Shown here piece by piece: positions 1-11,279 of a stretch of 64,000 bases of DNA. Source of the stretch: Tubulanus polymorphus (lineage: Eukaryota; Animalia; Nemertea). The position numbers and the translations under genes are program-made. The notes beneath the pieces were generated by a model. It was not told the origin of the DNA and did not search any database. It saw only the letters and a program-made list of their open reading frames with translations. Positions within the stretch are counted from its first letter, which is position 1, and the number at the start of each line of letters is the position of its first letter. Location of the stretch: contig NC_134035.1 of assembly GCF_964204645.1 (NCBI RefSeq), positions 9,580,451 to 9,644,450 on the forward strand, in the 5' to 3' direction.

Positions 1-574
1 ATCAATCAAATAATATCTGTATTTATTGCTTCGTTTATGTTCTGGATATCTTCTCAACTGGGCGATAATATTTATCAAAACTGGAACAATGTCATTATGT
101 CTAAGGAATTGCGTTGTCGTTGAAAAGCTCCGTCAACACTGTGCCATCTGCCGGATTTTGTAAAGGTTAGGTTAGGTTAGGTAAGGGTAAGGTATTTCAA
201 CGGCAATTTTGCCACCATACCTTCCACCCTCGACCATGGACGTATTTGTGGTCAGCCCTCTTAATGATTGTATGGATTTGAGTTGAAAGATTGTTTAAGA
301 GTATAATATGATTCAGTTTGTGAACATGAAACGCTATTTTGTGAAAGTTAATCTGGACAGGATGATATAGCAGTAGGATGTAGAATACGTCAAAGATTAC
401 AGTAAAACCATATACTAAACTATTTATGATGTTTGATACTCGATGATTGGCAAATATTTATTTGTGTGTGAAAACCTTTGTGTATCAAACATATACAGAT
501 ATCATCATCGACTGAACTTGATATGCCGATTTTATTGCAAAGAAACGACGGAAAGTTTTTGTTCGAAAAATGTC

Positions 575-1557
575 TCAAAATATTTTTCCGAAAAATGCCA
601 GCGTGATCGCTATTACGAATACCAGCGCCATCTTGTGTAATGCGTGGAAAATAAAGACGGAGAATGATTTCGTGTTGTAGACGTAGTGCGGCGCTTCCAT
701 CAACGCGTACATCAATCCCATCACAATCCCCAATATAACACAGTTTTCCAAGTTCCCGGCGTGGAAGTATTTCCTGAAAGGTAATTCAGAAAGCGGATTA
801 AATAGCAAGTATAGGAAAGCTTCCTAGTGTTGAATTGAAAGATTTCGGATTCGAATTGATACGTGTGGTTATCTCTGACTTATTTTCTAGTATAGAATCA
901 AAAGAAAAACCTTATTTTCAAGACAAATCTTAAGTTCGTGGCGGTGCTGGAGACATATCTGAAATCACCAGTGTGTTTTTGTCTCTCGCAGAGAATTTAT
1001 TTATACAAACACGTATAGTTATAATATCTAACATTTCTTCAGCCTTATATAGATTCTATATTGTATTTCACCAAATTACGTAAAGGCCAAGGGGCCATAT
1101 AAAAGCCCAATCAGTTGTCAGACTACCCATATCAAGTGATACAATCCGTTGCTATAGGGCTCTGCCACTCTGGTACACATTTTTCGCGGTTTCTCTGAAA
1201 CTAGGCCAATTTCATTGGATTTTTTTTTGTGAAGGAGGTGGTATGAACCCATGCCATGTTTTCATGGGTATTTTGAATAGGCGATTGACACATTTTGTGA
1301 CAACAATTTACACTTACACTCGTTGCACCAGTTTTTCACGCAGAAAATATACGATCAAAATCTTACTTGTTAATCTGCTGTACAAGGAGGGCTAACGCTA
1401 CGTCACAGATGATCGAGGTTACGAAATATCTCTTGCCCCATCTGGCCCAGACGTCTCGACCCCACGGAGTTTTATCGCTGTACCAGAACACTGTCAACAA
1501 TTCGCCAAATACGACGGCTGCAATCAGTGGAATACTGATACTTATTGATATGTCCAT
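575..1557 (-). CDS. Two-exon small multi-pass membrane protein, DUF1761-like (129 aa); join(1367..1557, 575..773)
   Basis: ATG at 1557. Donor AA|gtaaga at 1366, acceptor ctttcag|G at 774. The phase-2 junction joins two hydrophobic ORFs into 390 nt (129 aa plus stop). The N-terminal LIAAVVFGELLTVFWYS..PWG and C-terminal GxxxG..PHYVY...FIFHA pattern resembles DUF1761 (recognised by eye). Confidence 0.8.
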
Positions 1558-1749
1558 TCTGTGTCTGTTGAATGAGATATAACAAGAATCTAGGGGACAG
1601 TCTATTCGGTCGGTCTATTTTACTCAAGTTCGTCATTAGTCCATAGATTAATTCCTGCGGCCGCAGAGTTTCCTCGGTCGATTAAGGTTTTCTTATACAC
1701 ATCCGTATTTTAAAAAGGATATTTGCAAACTGCAGAATATTGTACGGGT

Positions 1750-1998
1750 ATTTAGGGGGTCGTGACCCCTGCCTTCCCATAGAGGTTGCCCTTTTCATCA
1801 AGACATGGCTCATTAAAGCCTATAAATTTGAAACCCGTCCTGAGCTCTCGGACGTTGCATCTTCTAGGATAGATTTCTTCAAAGATATCTAATGGAGGAC
1901 CCCACCGTTGGGCTTCGACATTGTTGCTTCGTCTGAGAATTGCTTTTCATTTTCTTTTGGACCCCAACCTTCCATGATTTTTCCTGGATCTGCCTCTG
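1750..1998. repeat. Dispersed repeat, homologous to 27505-27893
   Basis: Both copies share gggggtcg.gacccctgccttcccat..., ttgcttc.tc.gagaa.tgc.tttta/cattttctt and a terminal gatc(t/c)gcc. Confidence 0.6.
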
Positions 1999-2491
1999 TA
2001 TTGCCAAGCCAGACTAGGCACTATAGATCGAAGCATAGCAATGTTTAAATACTTCATACAGCTAGTTATACCAGACTCTTCCCTGCTTTTCAAATAACAT
2101 GATATGCATTGAAATAGAAATGAGTGGAAGGCGCGAGTGGCGTGTTCACATTCCATCGACCGAGAGAACTCTCTTTTTTCGAATCTTGCGTCGTAATTGG
2201 AATAATTGTTAATATACATCAAAATGTTATACTTACGTAAATTCACTCTTATCCTTATCTTATGTTTCGAATGTGTGCAATATTCCTGTATGAGACTGCA
2301 GCGCACGGATATAGAATATACCCAGGGTGCGAGAATATCGACGTGTTTGAATAACCCAGAACGCCTGCGTATAGACCTAAATAGTATTCTATGCATACAC
2401 TGTGAAGTGTGGAAGCAATCAAACAAAATAACTGATATTTAAATGGCATGCCGCGTTCGATAAAAAATCTCGGTAAATATGTTGACCTGAA

Positions 2492-2805
2492 TATATGCGG
2501 GTCCTTTCACATGCCTGTCCCGATCATTGTCTTTAGTTGTTAAAATTCATTCAAAAATCGAAAGCAACAGCTATGGTGATCGGTATTGTATTTGAAATGA
2601 TTTGTGAGATGTAGGCTTGAGTAGGAAATGAACATAAAACATAAATCTACATGTAGATGTAGTAGAATGATATGGACAAATTAAATTCGGTACCGAATAT
2701 GATTTGTCCTACTCAAACCTGCATCTCCACGAATCATTTCAAATACAATACCGACCACAACTAAAAGCAATCATCGGGACTGGCATGTGAAAGGACACGC
2801 ATATA
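2492..2805. mobile_element. Fold-back MITE with long terminal inverted repeats
   Basis: Left arm tatatgcgggtcctttcacatgcctgtcccgat is the reverse complement of right arm atcgggactggcatgtgaaaggacacgcatata. Inner arms also pair (cggtattgtatttgaaatga / tcatttcaaatacaataccg). TA-rich flanks. Confidence 0.75.
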
Positions 2806-3197
2806 AGAAGCGCGTAGTCTAGGTTAAAGTTTACACCAGTAAGTAGAGCCGGCCTTGGGTATTTTATAACATCGGATTGATACCACTAACATTCAAATCA
2901 CCCTAAACGTTTGAAATTGGCCCGAGGGACCAGCAGCACTACTGCAGCAGATCTGCTAAATTCAAAACTTGACAATCGAAACCAGTTTAAGGTTTTTGTC
3001 GAGAACCCTATGAAGTCTCGAACGAACCCAATCCGCATTCTTTATCGTCGAAGAACCTTAAAGCTTCACCAAGGAACCTGGGGTGGTTCTTGAAAGAACC
3101 CCTGAAGAATCCATTGTTTTAAGAGTGTCGAACTAGAACGTAAATTCATTCGTGAAGTTTGCATATTCCTTCATGGATTTTCATTAACATTCAATTA

Positions 3198-3446
3198 GAA
3201 GACCGAACTGGCTCAGACACACCCTCAGGATGAATCAGTCCCGTATCCCAAAGAGTTGGACCTTCCTGGTAGACGTAGGCGTGGCCGTCCCAAAACCACA
3301 TGGCCGGAGACGCACCATCACCACTGACCTCTCTTCAGCTGGGCTTATCTGGGATCAGGCTCAACATACAGCTAAGGACCGGTCCAAGTGGAAGAAGTTC
3401 TTCACTGCCTTATATCCCAGAAGGGGTGAAGAGGATTAAGTAATTA
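3198..3446 (+). mobile_element. 5'-truncated RTE-clade LINE 3' end
   Basis: Frameshifted translation gives WLRHTLRM..RIPK..GRRRRGRPKTTW..TITTDL..AGLIW..A+DR..W+.F..ALYPRRGEED*, typical of RTE ORF2 C-termini, followed by a taagtaa tail. Confidence 0.75.
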
Positions 3447-4261
3447 TGAACATTCAATCAACTGATCCGCGTCTTGTATATACGCAACGTCCGCTTACAG
3501 TATACATTAATAACGTTTTGCATTCCAAGGTGACAACAGTGAGATTATCACAAACGGAAGATTTATAGAAATCATCGTCAGCAACAATCCATACATGGTC
3601 GTATATCGTGTGTGTTACCTCCGGTATTGCAAAGAAGAATCACCATTGAAGAAACACCCCGTACATGAAGAGGTAAAATTTCGCGATGAGTCGCGAAAGA
3701 AGAGTAAAATGTAAGTCACGAAGTCAAGGAATGATTCCTTGACAATGGTTATTAGATGTAACCCCATAAGTCGGATTCTTGGTAGATTTAAACGTTACGA
3801 AATCTTAAGTTTTACAACTTCGTCATTGTGGGTCTTGTATTTCACTAAGTACGTGGTTTTACAACGATATCGGAGAAAAAGGAGTCCGAGATGTGTCCTC
3901 GAGTTGAGGATTCAGTCTAACGTGTTTCGACTATGCCAATAGTCATCTTCTGGAAAAAAATGTGATACAAACTAGTGATATAGAACACATAAAACGGTAA
4001 CGAACCAAACAAATTAAAAGGAGTGAGAATCTATTAACACACTTTGACACACCTGACAATAAGTGTCATTTAATGTGTTATCGTGTGGCTTCCTGGCAGT
4101 AGTTATCGGTATGGACGCGTTAATTGCCGCTTTATTGAGGATAGCAACGGACAAGACGGTGCTTATATGGGGTTGAATATCACACAACGCGCATCGACGG
4201 ACTCATCTCTCACAGAAATCAGACACAAACGCGGATAAAGTCTACACGTGTGACGTTCGCG

Positions 4262-5291
4262 ATGGCTGTCAACGTTTCGTCGACCAAATGCCCTGCCGGA
4301 CAATTGATAGGTTTAGTTATGGCATTTCAAGGGAGCATTGCGCTGGTCATACTTTTCGGAAGCGGTATTTTAATAGTTTACGTCGTTACGAAGCCGAATT
4401 TGCGCAGTTATTTCACTACCTTACTGGTCAGTATGGCAGGCGCCGATCTTGCAGCTGGTATAAACATGTTGTTGGCCACTTTCGGTGGTATATTCCGCTC
4501 GTCTTTGAGTAACGTACCATTTTGTTTTGTGCTGCATTCGTTCGCGACACTTTCTCTTGTATCGTCTTGTATCCACGTAGTGCTGATCGGTATAAACAGA
4601 TATACGGCCGTCAAGTACCCAATCAAACACAAAAAAACACGCCCGATTTTACACGTATTTAAGTATATGTGTCGGATGGGCAATACCTGTGCTGTTCACG
4701 ATAATCCGTTGCGTGTGGATGGTAAAATCAGGATTTCTAAAAAAAGCAGGATGCTGCCACAAGTTCGTCATTAACGGAACGGCCTATATCACAACTCTTA
4801 CGCTCGTACTTGCTTTCTCGGTACTTTTATTGTTGATTATTCACGTAGAAATCGTTCGCATTTTAGTGTGCAAGAGTAAAAGACAAATAGCGCCGACTGC
4901 GGTACGTTTTGGTGTCCGCCAATATACAATGGCGCAGCTGAGGACCACGATCCGGGTTTCGATGGCGATTTTCTGTTCGTTTACGATCTGTTGGATGCCG
5001 TATTTGGTCGTCGAATGGTACATACGTTTCCACGGCCCGAGCGATATTGTTCTTAGGATTAGATACATTGTTTATATAGTCGTGTTCATCAATTCGTCGT
5101 TCAACCCGATTATCTATACAGTGTGCAATGCCGATTTCAAGAAAGCAGTTCAGTCAGTTTTGTGTTGTTTGAAACGTCGTTGCCAGCATCAGCTGCACGA
5201 GCAAACTACCGAAGTGTCGACTATTACTCAACTTCGATCAAACGTAGAGACAAATGTAAATGGACAAACTCAAAAGTGTGGAATTTCCTAG
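4262..5291 (+). pseudogene. Orphan class A (rhodopsin-like) GPCR, copy 1, with a +1 frameshift
   Basis: ORFs 4250-4774 and 4689-5291 together match the intact paralog at 7674-8708. A7 run at 4631-4637 versus A6 in the paralog. Motifs LAxAD-like (MAGADL), INRY, CWMPY and NSSFNPIIY are present. Could be an assembly homopolymer error. Confidence 0.8.
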
Positions 5292-6014
5292 CTCCACAGC
5301 TGTTAAATTTTAACTCTCCCAAAAACTATGAAACCTGGGTACAAAACTGTAAGGTATAGGTTGTGTATGTCCTTTCATTTGAAACTTCCGCGAATATGTT
5401 TATTTTCCAACGTGAAATATGAAATTCTACATTCGGTGTCTTTCTGTATATTCTCTGTGACTTAACGTTCGTCATTTGAAGCCCCATTGACACAATGAAC
5501 TATAAACCTGATTCTAGGAGCTCGTTATCGATAACTTAAAAAAACTTCATCATGACAACTGTGTTATCTTACTTTCATGACAATTCTTCGAGTATGAGTT
5601 ACTGGGCCTAGAATCTCTTGTCAGGTTTCAGATCGGATGAGTTTGGCATAGATACATTGTATACAGCTACAGCTAATTGAAATTTCACAACCTGTATTGG
5701 CCGAAACCACCGCTCAAAACTACTCATCAATAAATGATAAAGACCGTTTTCACCCGAGCTCTCATTGAAATTTATTGCGACTAATTATAATCCACGAAGC
5801 TCTTGTCGGCACGTTGCCGTGTACCTGATGGAATTATAAGACGTTTACTTGTAGGAAATAACAGGAAGCTAAGTTGATTGTTCCCAGCGTTGTTCCATTT
5901 AGCTTAATAGGAGAACCGGTAAATGCTTCGTCAATTAGCGTGACCTTGTCCATATCGTAGCCGGCAGTTCACCTATTTTCATGGTGGATCGTAATTACAA
6001 TCGGTTCCATGTAC

Positions 6015-6790
6015 TTATTCCCAAAATCGACCATTAATTAACGTAGGGCAACAGCTTTGTCGCAGCTTCGTGGGAATTCTCTGCCGATCGATGACTACAC
6101 CTTCCGCAACAAAATTCTTAAACTGCTTCGCCAGTTCGTTCCTGAATCGTGGCCGGAAATAGCAATAAATGAATATATTAGCCGAAGAGTTCAACAGAAT
6201 GAGGAACGTACTGACGACGTTGAAATACAGACACGGGAAGTTGGGAGGTACGTTGAAGTCGACGAATTCGGCGTAGGTAAACTTCTGAAATAGCGCCGGC
6301 ATCTGACACAACAGGAAGAATATCACAACCGAAATGTGCTTGATTTTATCATACAGTTATTCGAACTAAAATTATTGTTTTTGGAATATTTCAGAAAATA
6401 ACTGGCTTATTAAATGATTATATCTTAATCAAGCTGTTATCATAGTTTACTTTGATTGCATTTTGTGTGTTAAGGGTTGACTGTGAGCATATTATTTTCT
6501 TTATTGCATTTCTCTTTTTTTCTTTTCTCTTTTGAGGGACCTGTTTTATACAAACTATTCCTTAGTTTCTACAGGCCCCTCCAGGTCTAATTTACTGTAT
6601 TTTGTATTATGCTTTGTACACTATGCTGTAAATTATATTTGAAAAATAAAGTGTTCAAATCAAATCAAATCAAATCAGCATGATCGTCGTCGATTTATCC
6701 TGATTTTCAGTCGTGGCTCCGATTACTTTTCCGTCCTTGTTTGATTTGATGACGGCGTGAATGAGAAGACCGTTCAGAATACACAGGGCT
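6015..6790 (-). pseudogene. 3' fragment (TM5 end to C-terminus) of the FMRFamide-receptor-like GPCR, interrupted by an insertion
   Basis: 6015-6335 and 6672-6790 are near-identical to the coding region of the intact gene (up to about 10288). The 5' part is absent and the C-terminus is frameshifted/deleted. Confidence 0.85.
6336..6675 (+). mobile_element. 5'-truncated LINE-like insertion with AATAAA and (CAAAT)n tail
   Basis: Absent from the paralog, whose empty site reads ccgaaatcagcatg. T-rich 3'UTR, aataaa at about 6645, then four tcaaa repeats that merge into the target aaatc. Confidence 0.7.
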
Positions 6791-7673
6791 TATATTGGTA
6801 TACGGCATGTCTAAGAGCATGTTCATTTGTAGGTGGCTTGTTTTGCGATAATGTGGTATTTTCGTGTCTCCGCCGTATTTCTAGATCTAGAATGGAAAAA
6901 AGAACAACCAACCCCAAAAACCCTCGAAAACTTTTAATTTCTATCAAAAATCCTTATATTCATCTATACATCAATTTCTATATATCTCATAAAATCTATA
7001 ATATAATTTATGGTGCCCATTATGATCTCTACCTCCAAATCTTAAATAAAACCCACCTGAACATAATCATCTAATATCTTCATTTGATAATGTATTATTC
7101 AATCTATCATAATATCATAAGATTGCATATCGTCGGTCGAATATTTGCATTTGGTGGAATCATTCTTGATAGGTTCTTAGTCTCCTATAGTTCTCAAAAC
7201 TGTTTGGTAGATTCTATGTTTTGAATACGTAATACTTGTATTGTAGACTTCTTCGGTTTGTCTTCCAGCGAGGCTTATTGTATTCGTTCAGTTGTTACGA
7301 TAAATTAGAGGAAGTATATCCTTATTCATTGACGTCATTTGTATTGTTCATTGACCGTCACATTCCCGCCAACCATAACTTTTAGCATCGACTGGCTGCT
7401 TGGACGGCCATTATGACAGGCTGTGGCGTCACGTCTAAGGTCTATTTGCAGAAAGTGTGCGTTGATTCTAGCGTCCATGATTAATGAAAACAAATCAAAA
7501 CGGTACAGCCAATTTGTAGAGAGATGTTCTATCGTATTGCAACCTGGACATGGTTTCCGGTGTGAAATTTCGCTCTGAAGATAGCAACGAACAAGACGGT
7601 GTTCATTTGCGGATACGTGTCACGCAACACGGAGCGGTCGACTCATCCCTCGCAGAATTTTAAACAAACGTGG

Positions 7674-8708
7674 ATGAAGTTTCGTCTTCTGACATTCACG
7701 ATGACTTTCAACGTTTCAACGAAAAATTGTGCTGCCGGAAAATTTGTAGTTTTCAATATGGTATGTCAAGGGAGCATTGCGCTGGTCATACTTTTCGGAA
7801 GCGGTATTTTGATAGTTTGTGTCGTTACGAAGCCGAATTTGCGCAGTAATTTCACTACCTTACTGGTCAGTATGGCAGGCGCCGATCTTGCTGCTGGTAT
7901 GAACATGTTGTTGGCCACTTTCGGTGGTATATTCCGCTCGTCTTTGAGTAACGTACCATTTTGTCTTTTGTTGCATTCGTTCGCAACACTTTCTCTTGTA
8001 TCGTCTTGTATCCACGTAGTGCTGATCGGTATAAACAGATATACGGCCGTCAAGTACCCAATCAAACACAAAAAACACGCCCGATTTTACACGTATTTAA
8101 GTATATGTGTCGGATGGGCAATACCTGTGCTGTTCACGTTACTTCGTTGCGTCTGGATGGTGAAGTCTGGATTCCTTAAAAACACAGGATGCTGCAACAA
8201 GTTTGTCATTAACGGAACGGCCTATATCATAACCCTTACGCTCGTCCTTGCTTTATCAGTACTTTTATTGTTGATTATTCACGTGGAAATTGTTCGTATT
8301 TTAGTTTGGAAGGGAAAAAGGCAAATAGCGCCGACCGCGGTACGTTTTGGTGTCCGCCAATATGCAATGGCGCAGCTGAGGACCACGATCCGGGTTTCGG
8401 TGACGATTTTCTTTTCGTTTACGATCTGCTGGATGCCGTACTTGGTCGTTGAATGGTACATACGTGTCCACGGCCCGGGCGATACTATTCTAAACATGAG
8501 AAATATCGTTAATAACGTCCTGTTCATCAATTCATCGTTCAACCCGATTATCTATACAGTGTGTAATGCCGATTTCAAGAAAGCATTTCAGTCAGTTTTG
8601 TGTTGTTTGAAACGTCGTTGCCAGCATCAGCTGCACGAGCAAACTACCGAAGTGTCGACTATTACTCAACTTCGATCAAACGTAGAGGCAAATATAAATG
8701 GATTTTAA
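7674..8708 (+). CDS. Orphan class A GPCR, copy 2 (intact, intronless CDS, 344 aa from ATG 7674)
   Basis: Seven hydrophobic segments, MAGADL in TM2, Cys at the top of TM3, INRY in place of DRY, CWMPY, NSSFNPIIY, helix 8 FKKAF and a CC motif. The start could be ATG 7674 or 7701. Confidence 0.9.
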   Translation: MKFRLLTFTMTFNVSTKNCAAGKFVVFNMVCQGSIALVILFGSGILIVCVVTKPNLRSNFTTLLVSMAGADLAAGMNMLLATFGGIFRSSLSNVPFCLLLHSFATLSLVSSCIHVVLIGINRYTAVKYPIKHKKHARFYTYLSICVGWAIPVLFTLLRCVWMVKSGFLKNTGCCNKFVINGTAYIITLTLVLALSVLLLLIIHVEIVRILVWKGKRQIAPTAVRFGVRQYAMAQLRTTIRVSVTIFFSFTICWMPYLVVEWYIRVHGPGDTILNMRNIVNNVLFINSSFNPIIYTVCNADFKKAFQSVLCCLKRRCQHQLHEQTTEVSTITQLRSNVEANINGF

Positions 8709-9107
8709 TGTGCATTGAAACTTAAAACTGTGTAAGTGCCTTACCTCCACAGATGTCAGTTCTAAACTCACCCAAAACTGTGAAACTTGGCTACAAAACT
8801 GTAAGGTATAGGTTGTGTATGTCCTTTGATTTGAAACTTCCTCGAATAGGTTTATTTTCCAAATACGATGAATATGAAATTCGTATTATCTATATTTTCT
8901 GTGATTAAACGTTAATCATTTGAAGCCCAATAGACATAATGAACTATAAACCTGACTCTAAGAGCTCATTATCGATAACTAAAAAAACCTCATTATAACA
9001 ACAATGTTATCTTACGATCATGACAATAAAGTTCGAGTACGAGTTACTGGGCCTAGAATCTCTTGTCAGGTTTCAGAACGGACGGTAGTGGCATAGATAC
9101 ATATTTA

Positions 9108-9436
9108 CATCCTCCCCCGGCAGGGATTCGACGTCAGGTACGGTATTGCCACGGTACGAAACCCTGCCACACTAGACCGAGTGCGCAGCTACACGCGCAG
9201 CTTGATGATGTCACTATCAACCAATCAGATATCCCGTTTTATTCCAGCCCGGGTTTTCCCATTTAAAGTTCTTCGTTGAAATTATATCAGCGATTATACA
9301 ACGAGCAATCTGATTGGTGCCGCAAGTTTTTGTGAGCTGCGCATGCAAATGCGCACCCGGTCTAGTGTGGCAGGGGTTCGTGCCGTGGTTGAGTGTAGCG
9401 ATGCCATCAGGTTCGAATCCCTGCCGAGGGAGGATG
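9108..9436. mobile_element. MITE-like insertion with about 95-bp imperfect TIRs that contain a B-box-like motif
   Basis: catcctcccccggcagggattcga...accctgccacactagaccg pairs with cggtctagtgtggcaggggt...tcgaatccctgccgagggaggatg. Absent at the paralogous site (about 5655-5665). A related fragment lies at about 41100-41138. Confidence 0.8.
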
Positions 9437-9809
9437 ACACAGCTACAACCAATTGAAATCTCACAACCTGTATTGGCTGAAACCACCGCTCAAAACTATA
9501 CGCATCAATGATAAATGATAAAGATCGCTTTCAACCGAGCTCTAATTGAAATTTATTGCAACAAATTATAATCCACGCAGCTCTTGTCGGCACGTAGCCG
9601 TTTACCTGAAGGAATTATAAGTTTTCGTCTAGGAGATATCAGGAATCTTGATTTTTCAGCCTTATTCCATTAGCTTAATAGGATAACCGGTAAATGCTTC
9701 GTCAATTAGTGCCGACTTTATTCATACTATAGCCGGGAGTTCGCCTGGTTTTATGGTGGATCGTAATTACAATCGTTTCCATGTACTTATTCCCGAAATC
9801 GACTATGAC

Positions 9810-11279
9810 TTAACGTATCCAATTAACATCTGTAAGTTCGGTCTCACTGGTCGCTGACATGCCACTAACCCTTCTCGTGTACATAGGGCAACACGGTGTC
9901 GCGGCTTTATAGGAATTCTCTGCCGATCGATGACTACACCTTCCGCAACATTCTTTAAACTGCTTCGCCAGTTCGTTCCTGAATCGTGGCCCGAAATAAC
10001 AATAGATGAATATATTAGCCGACGAGTTCAACAGAATGAGGAACGTACTGACGACGTTGAAATACAGATACGGGAAGTTGGGAGGTACGTTGAAGTCGAC
10101 GAATTCGGCGTAGATAAAGTTCTGAAATAGCGCTGGCATCTGACACAACAGGAAGAATATCACAACCGAAATCAGCATGATCGTCGTCGATTTATCCTGA
10201 TTTTCAGTCGTGGCTCCGATTACTTTTCCGTCCTTGTTTGATTTGATGACGGCGTGAATGAGGAGACCGTTCAGAATACACAGGGCTAATATCGGCAAGG
10301 CCAACGCGACCGGTATGTACAACCAAATGAAGTTGATATGCCGATACAGATAATGCCGAGCGAGTTCGGTCGGAGCGAGAAGCGCTACGGTATTGTTGTA
10401 TTCTTTATCGAACGAGACTTTAGTTTCGAATTCGAACCATCGCGGTATTTGGTACAGCATGCACGCGACGTACAGCCCAACGACGACCTTCCACGCCCTC
10501 GACGGTCGACACATAAACGACGCCTTGAACGGTAAACATATGTAGATGAAACGGTCGACCGTCAACGCGACCGTCATGTATATGGAGACCAGTTGAAAGC
10601 CGAGAGACAACGGGTGGAAGTACGGAATCAAATAGTTGCTGAACTGAGTGCGGATTTGTATCATCTTCATCATATCCGGGGAAAGAGTGTCCGCTTTCAT
10701 GAATGCCATAGTCACCAACGTTAACAAATCAGCGACGGCAATGCCGGATAAATATACGTAAATGGATGAATCTTTCCAGCCGCGACTGAGTACCGAAAAC
10801 GATAAACAGTTACCTATAACTCCGATAGTCATTACTGTATAGCCTAATATTCCAATCATTATGAACTGAAACATGATGAACTGTTCGTATCGTTTGTAGT
10901 TCTCGATTTCGTCCGTTCCTGACTGCACGGTGGTCGACACCCCGAGCCCGGTCAGATTTCTGAAATTGCAAAAGAATATCCATAATAAAACAACACCTAC
11001 AGAAAAATCATTACAGAAAAAAGCTATCGCCCAGGAAAGCTTGAGACTGCTAATGTAATCCTGAAGAATAGCTTCAACTTTTTGAGAGGAGATAATTATT
11101 CAGCGTGACGAAGGTGCCTTGTTCGTTGGTAGAAATGCCCTCTCGTTCAACAGTTTGGTTTCTAGTTAGACTGAAAGATCAATCTTCATTTCACGGAGTA
11201 AACCTACTTACCTCAGAACACACTCAAAAGATATACACGCTGTGTTTGTAGTTTCCTTCCGATTTTGTAACAAGCGCAT
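9810..11279 (-). CDS. FMRFamide-receptor-like (peptide receptor family) class A GPCR; join(11212..11279, 9810..10959)
   Basis: 376-codon ORF with GN in TM1, LSGIAVADL, LTVDRFIYICLPF, IPRWFEF, TTIMLISVVIFFLLCQMP and LNSSANIFIYC...RFR. Acceptor tttcag at 10960 and an upstream in-frame exon ATG..CTGAG|gtaagt (phase 2). Alternative in-frame ATGs at 11285 and 11291. Confidence 0.88.

Noticed and set aside
165-192. (TTAGG)n as a telomere
   Set aside because: Only three to five degenerate interstitial units, more likely part of a repeat element.
1947-2426. 159-aa ORF on the minus strand
   Set aside because: No motif similarity, and it overlaps a dispersed repeat.
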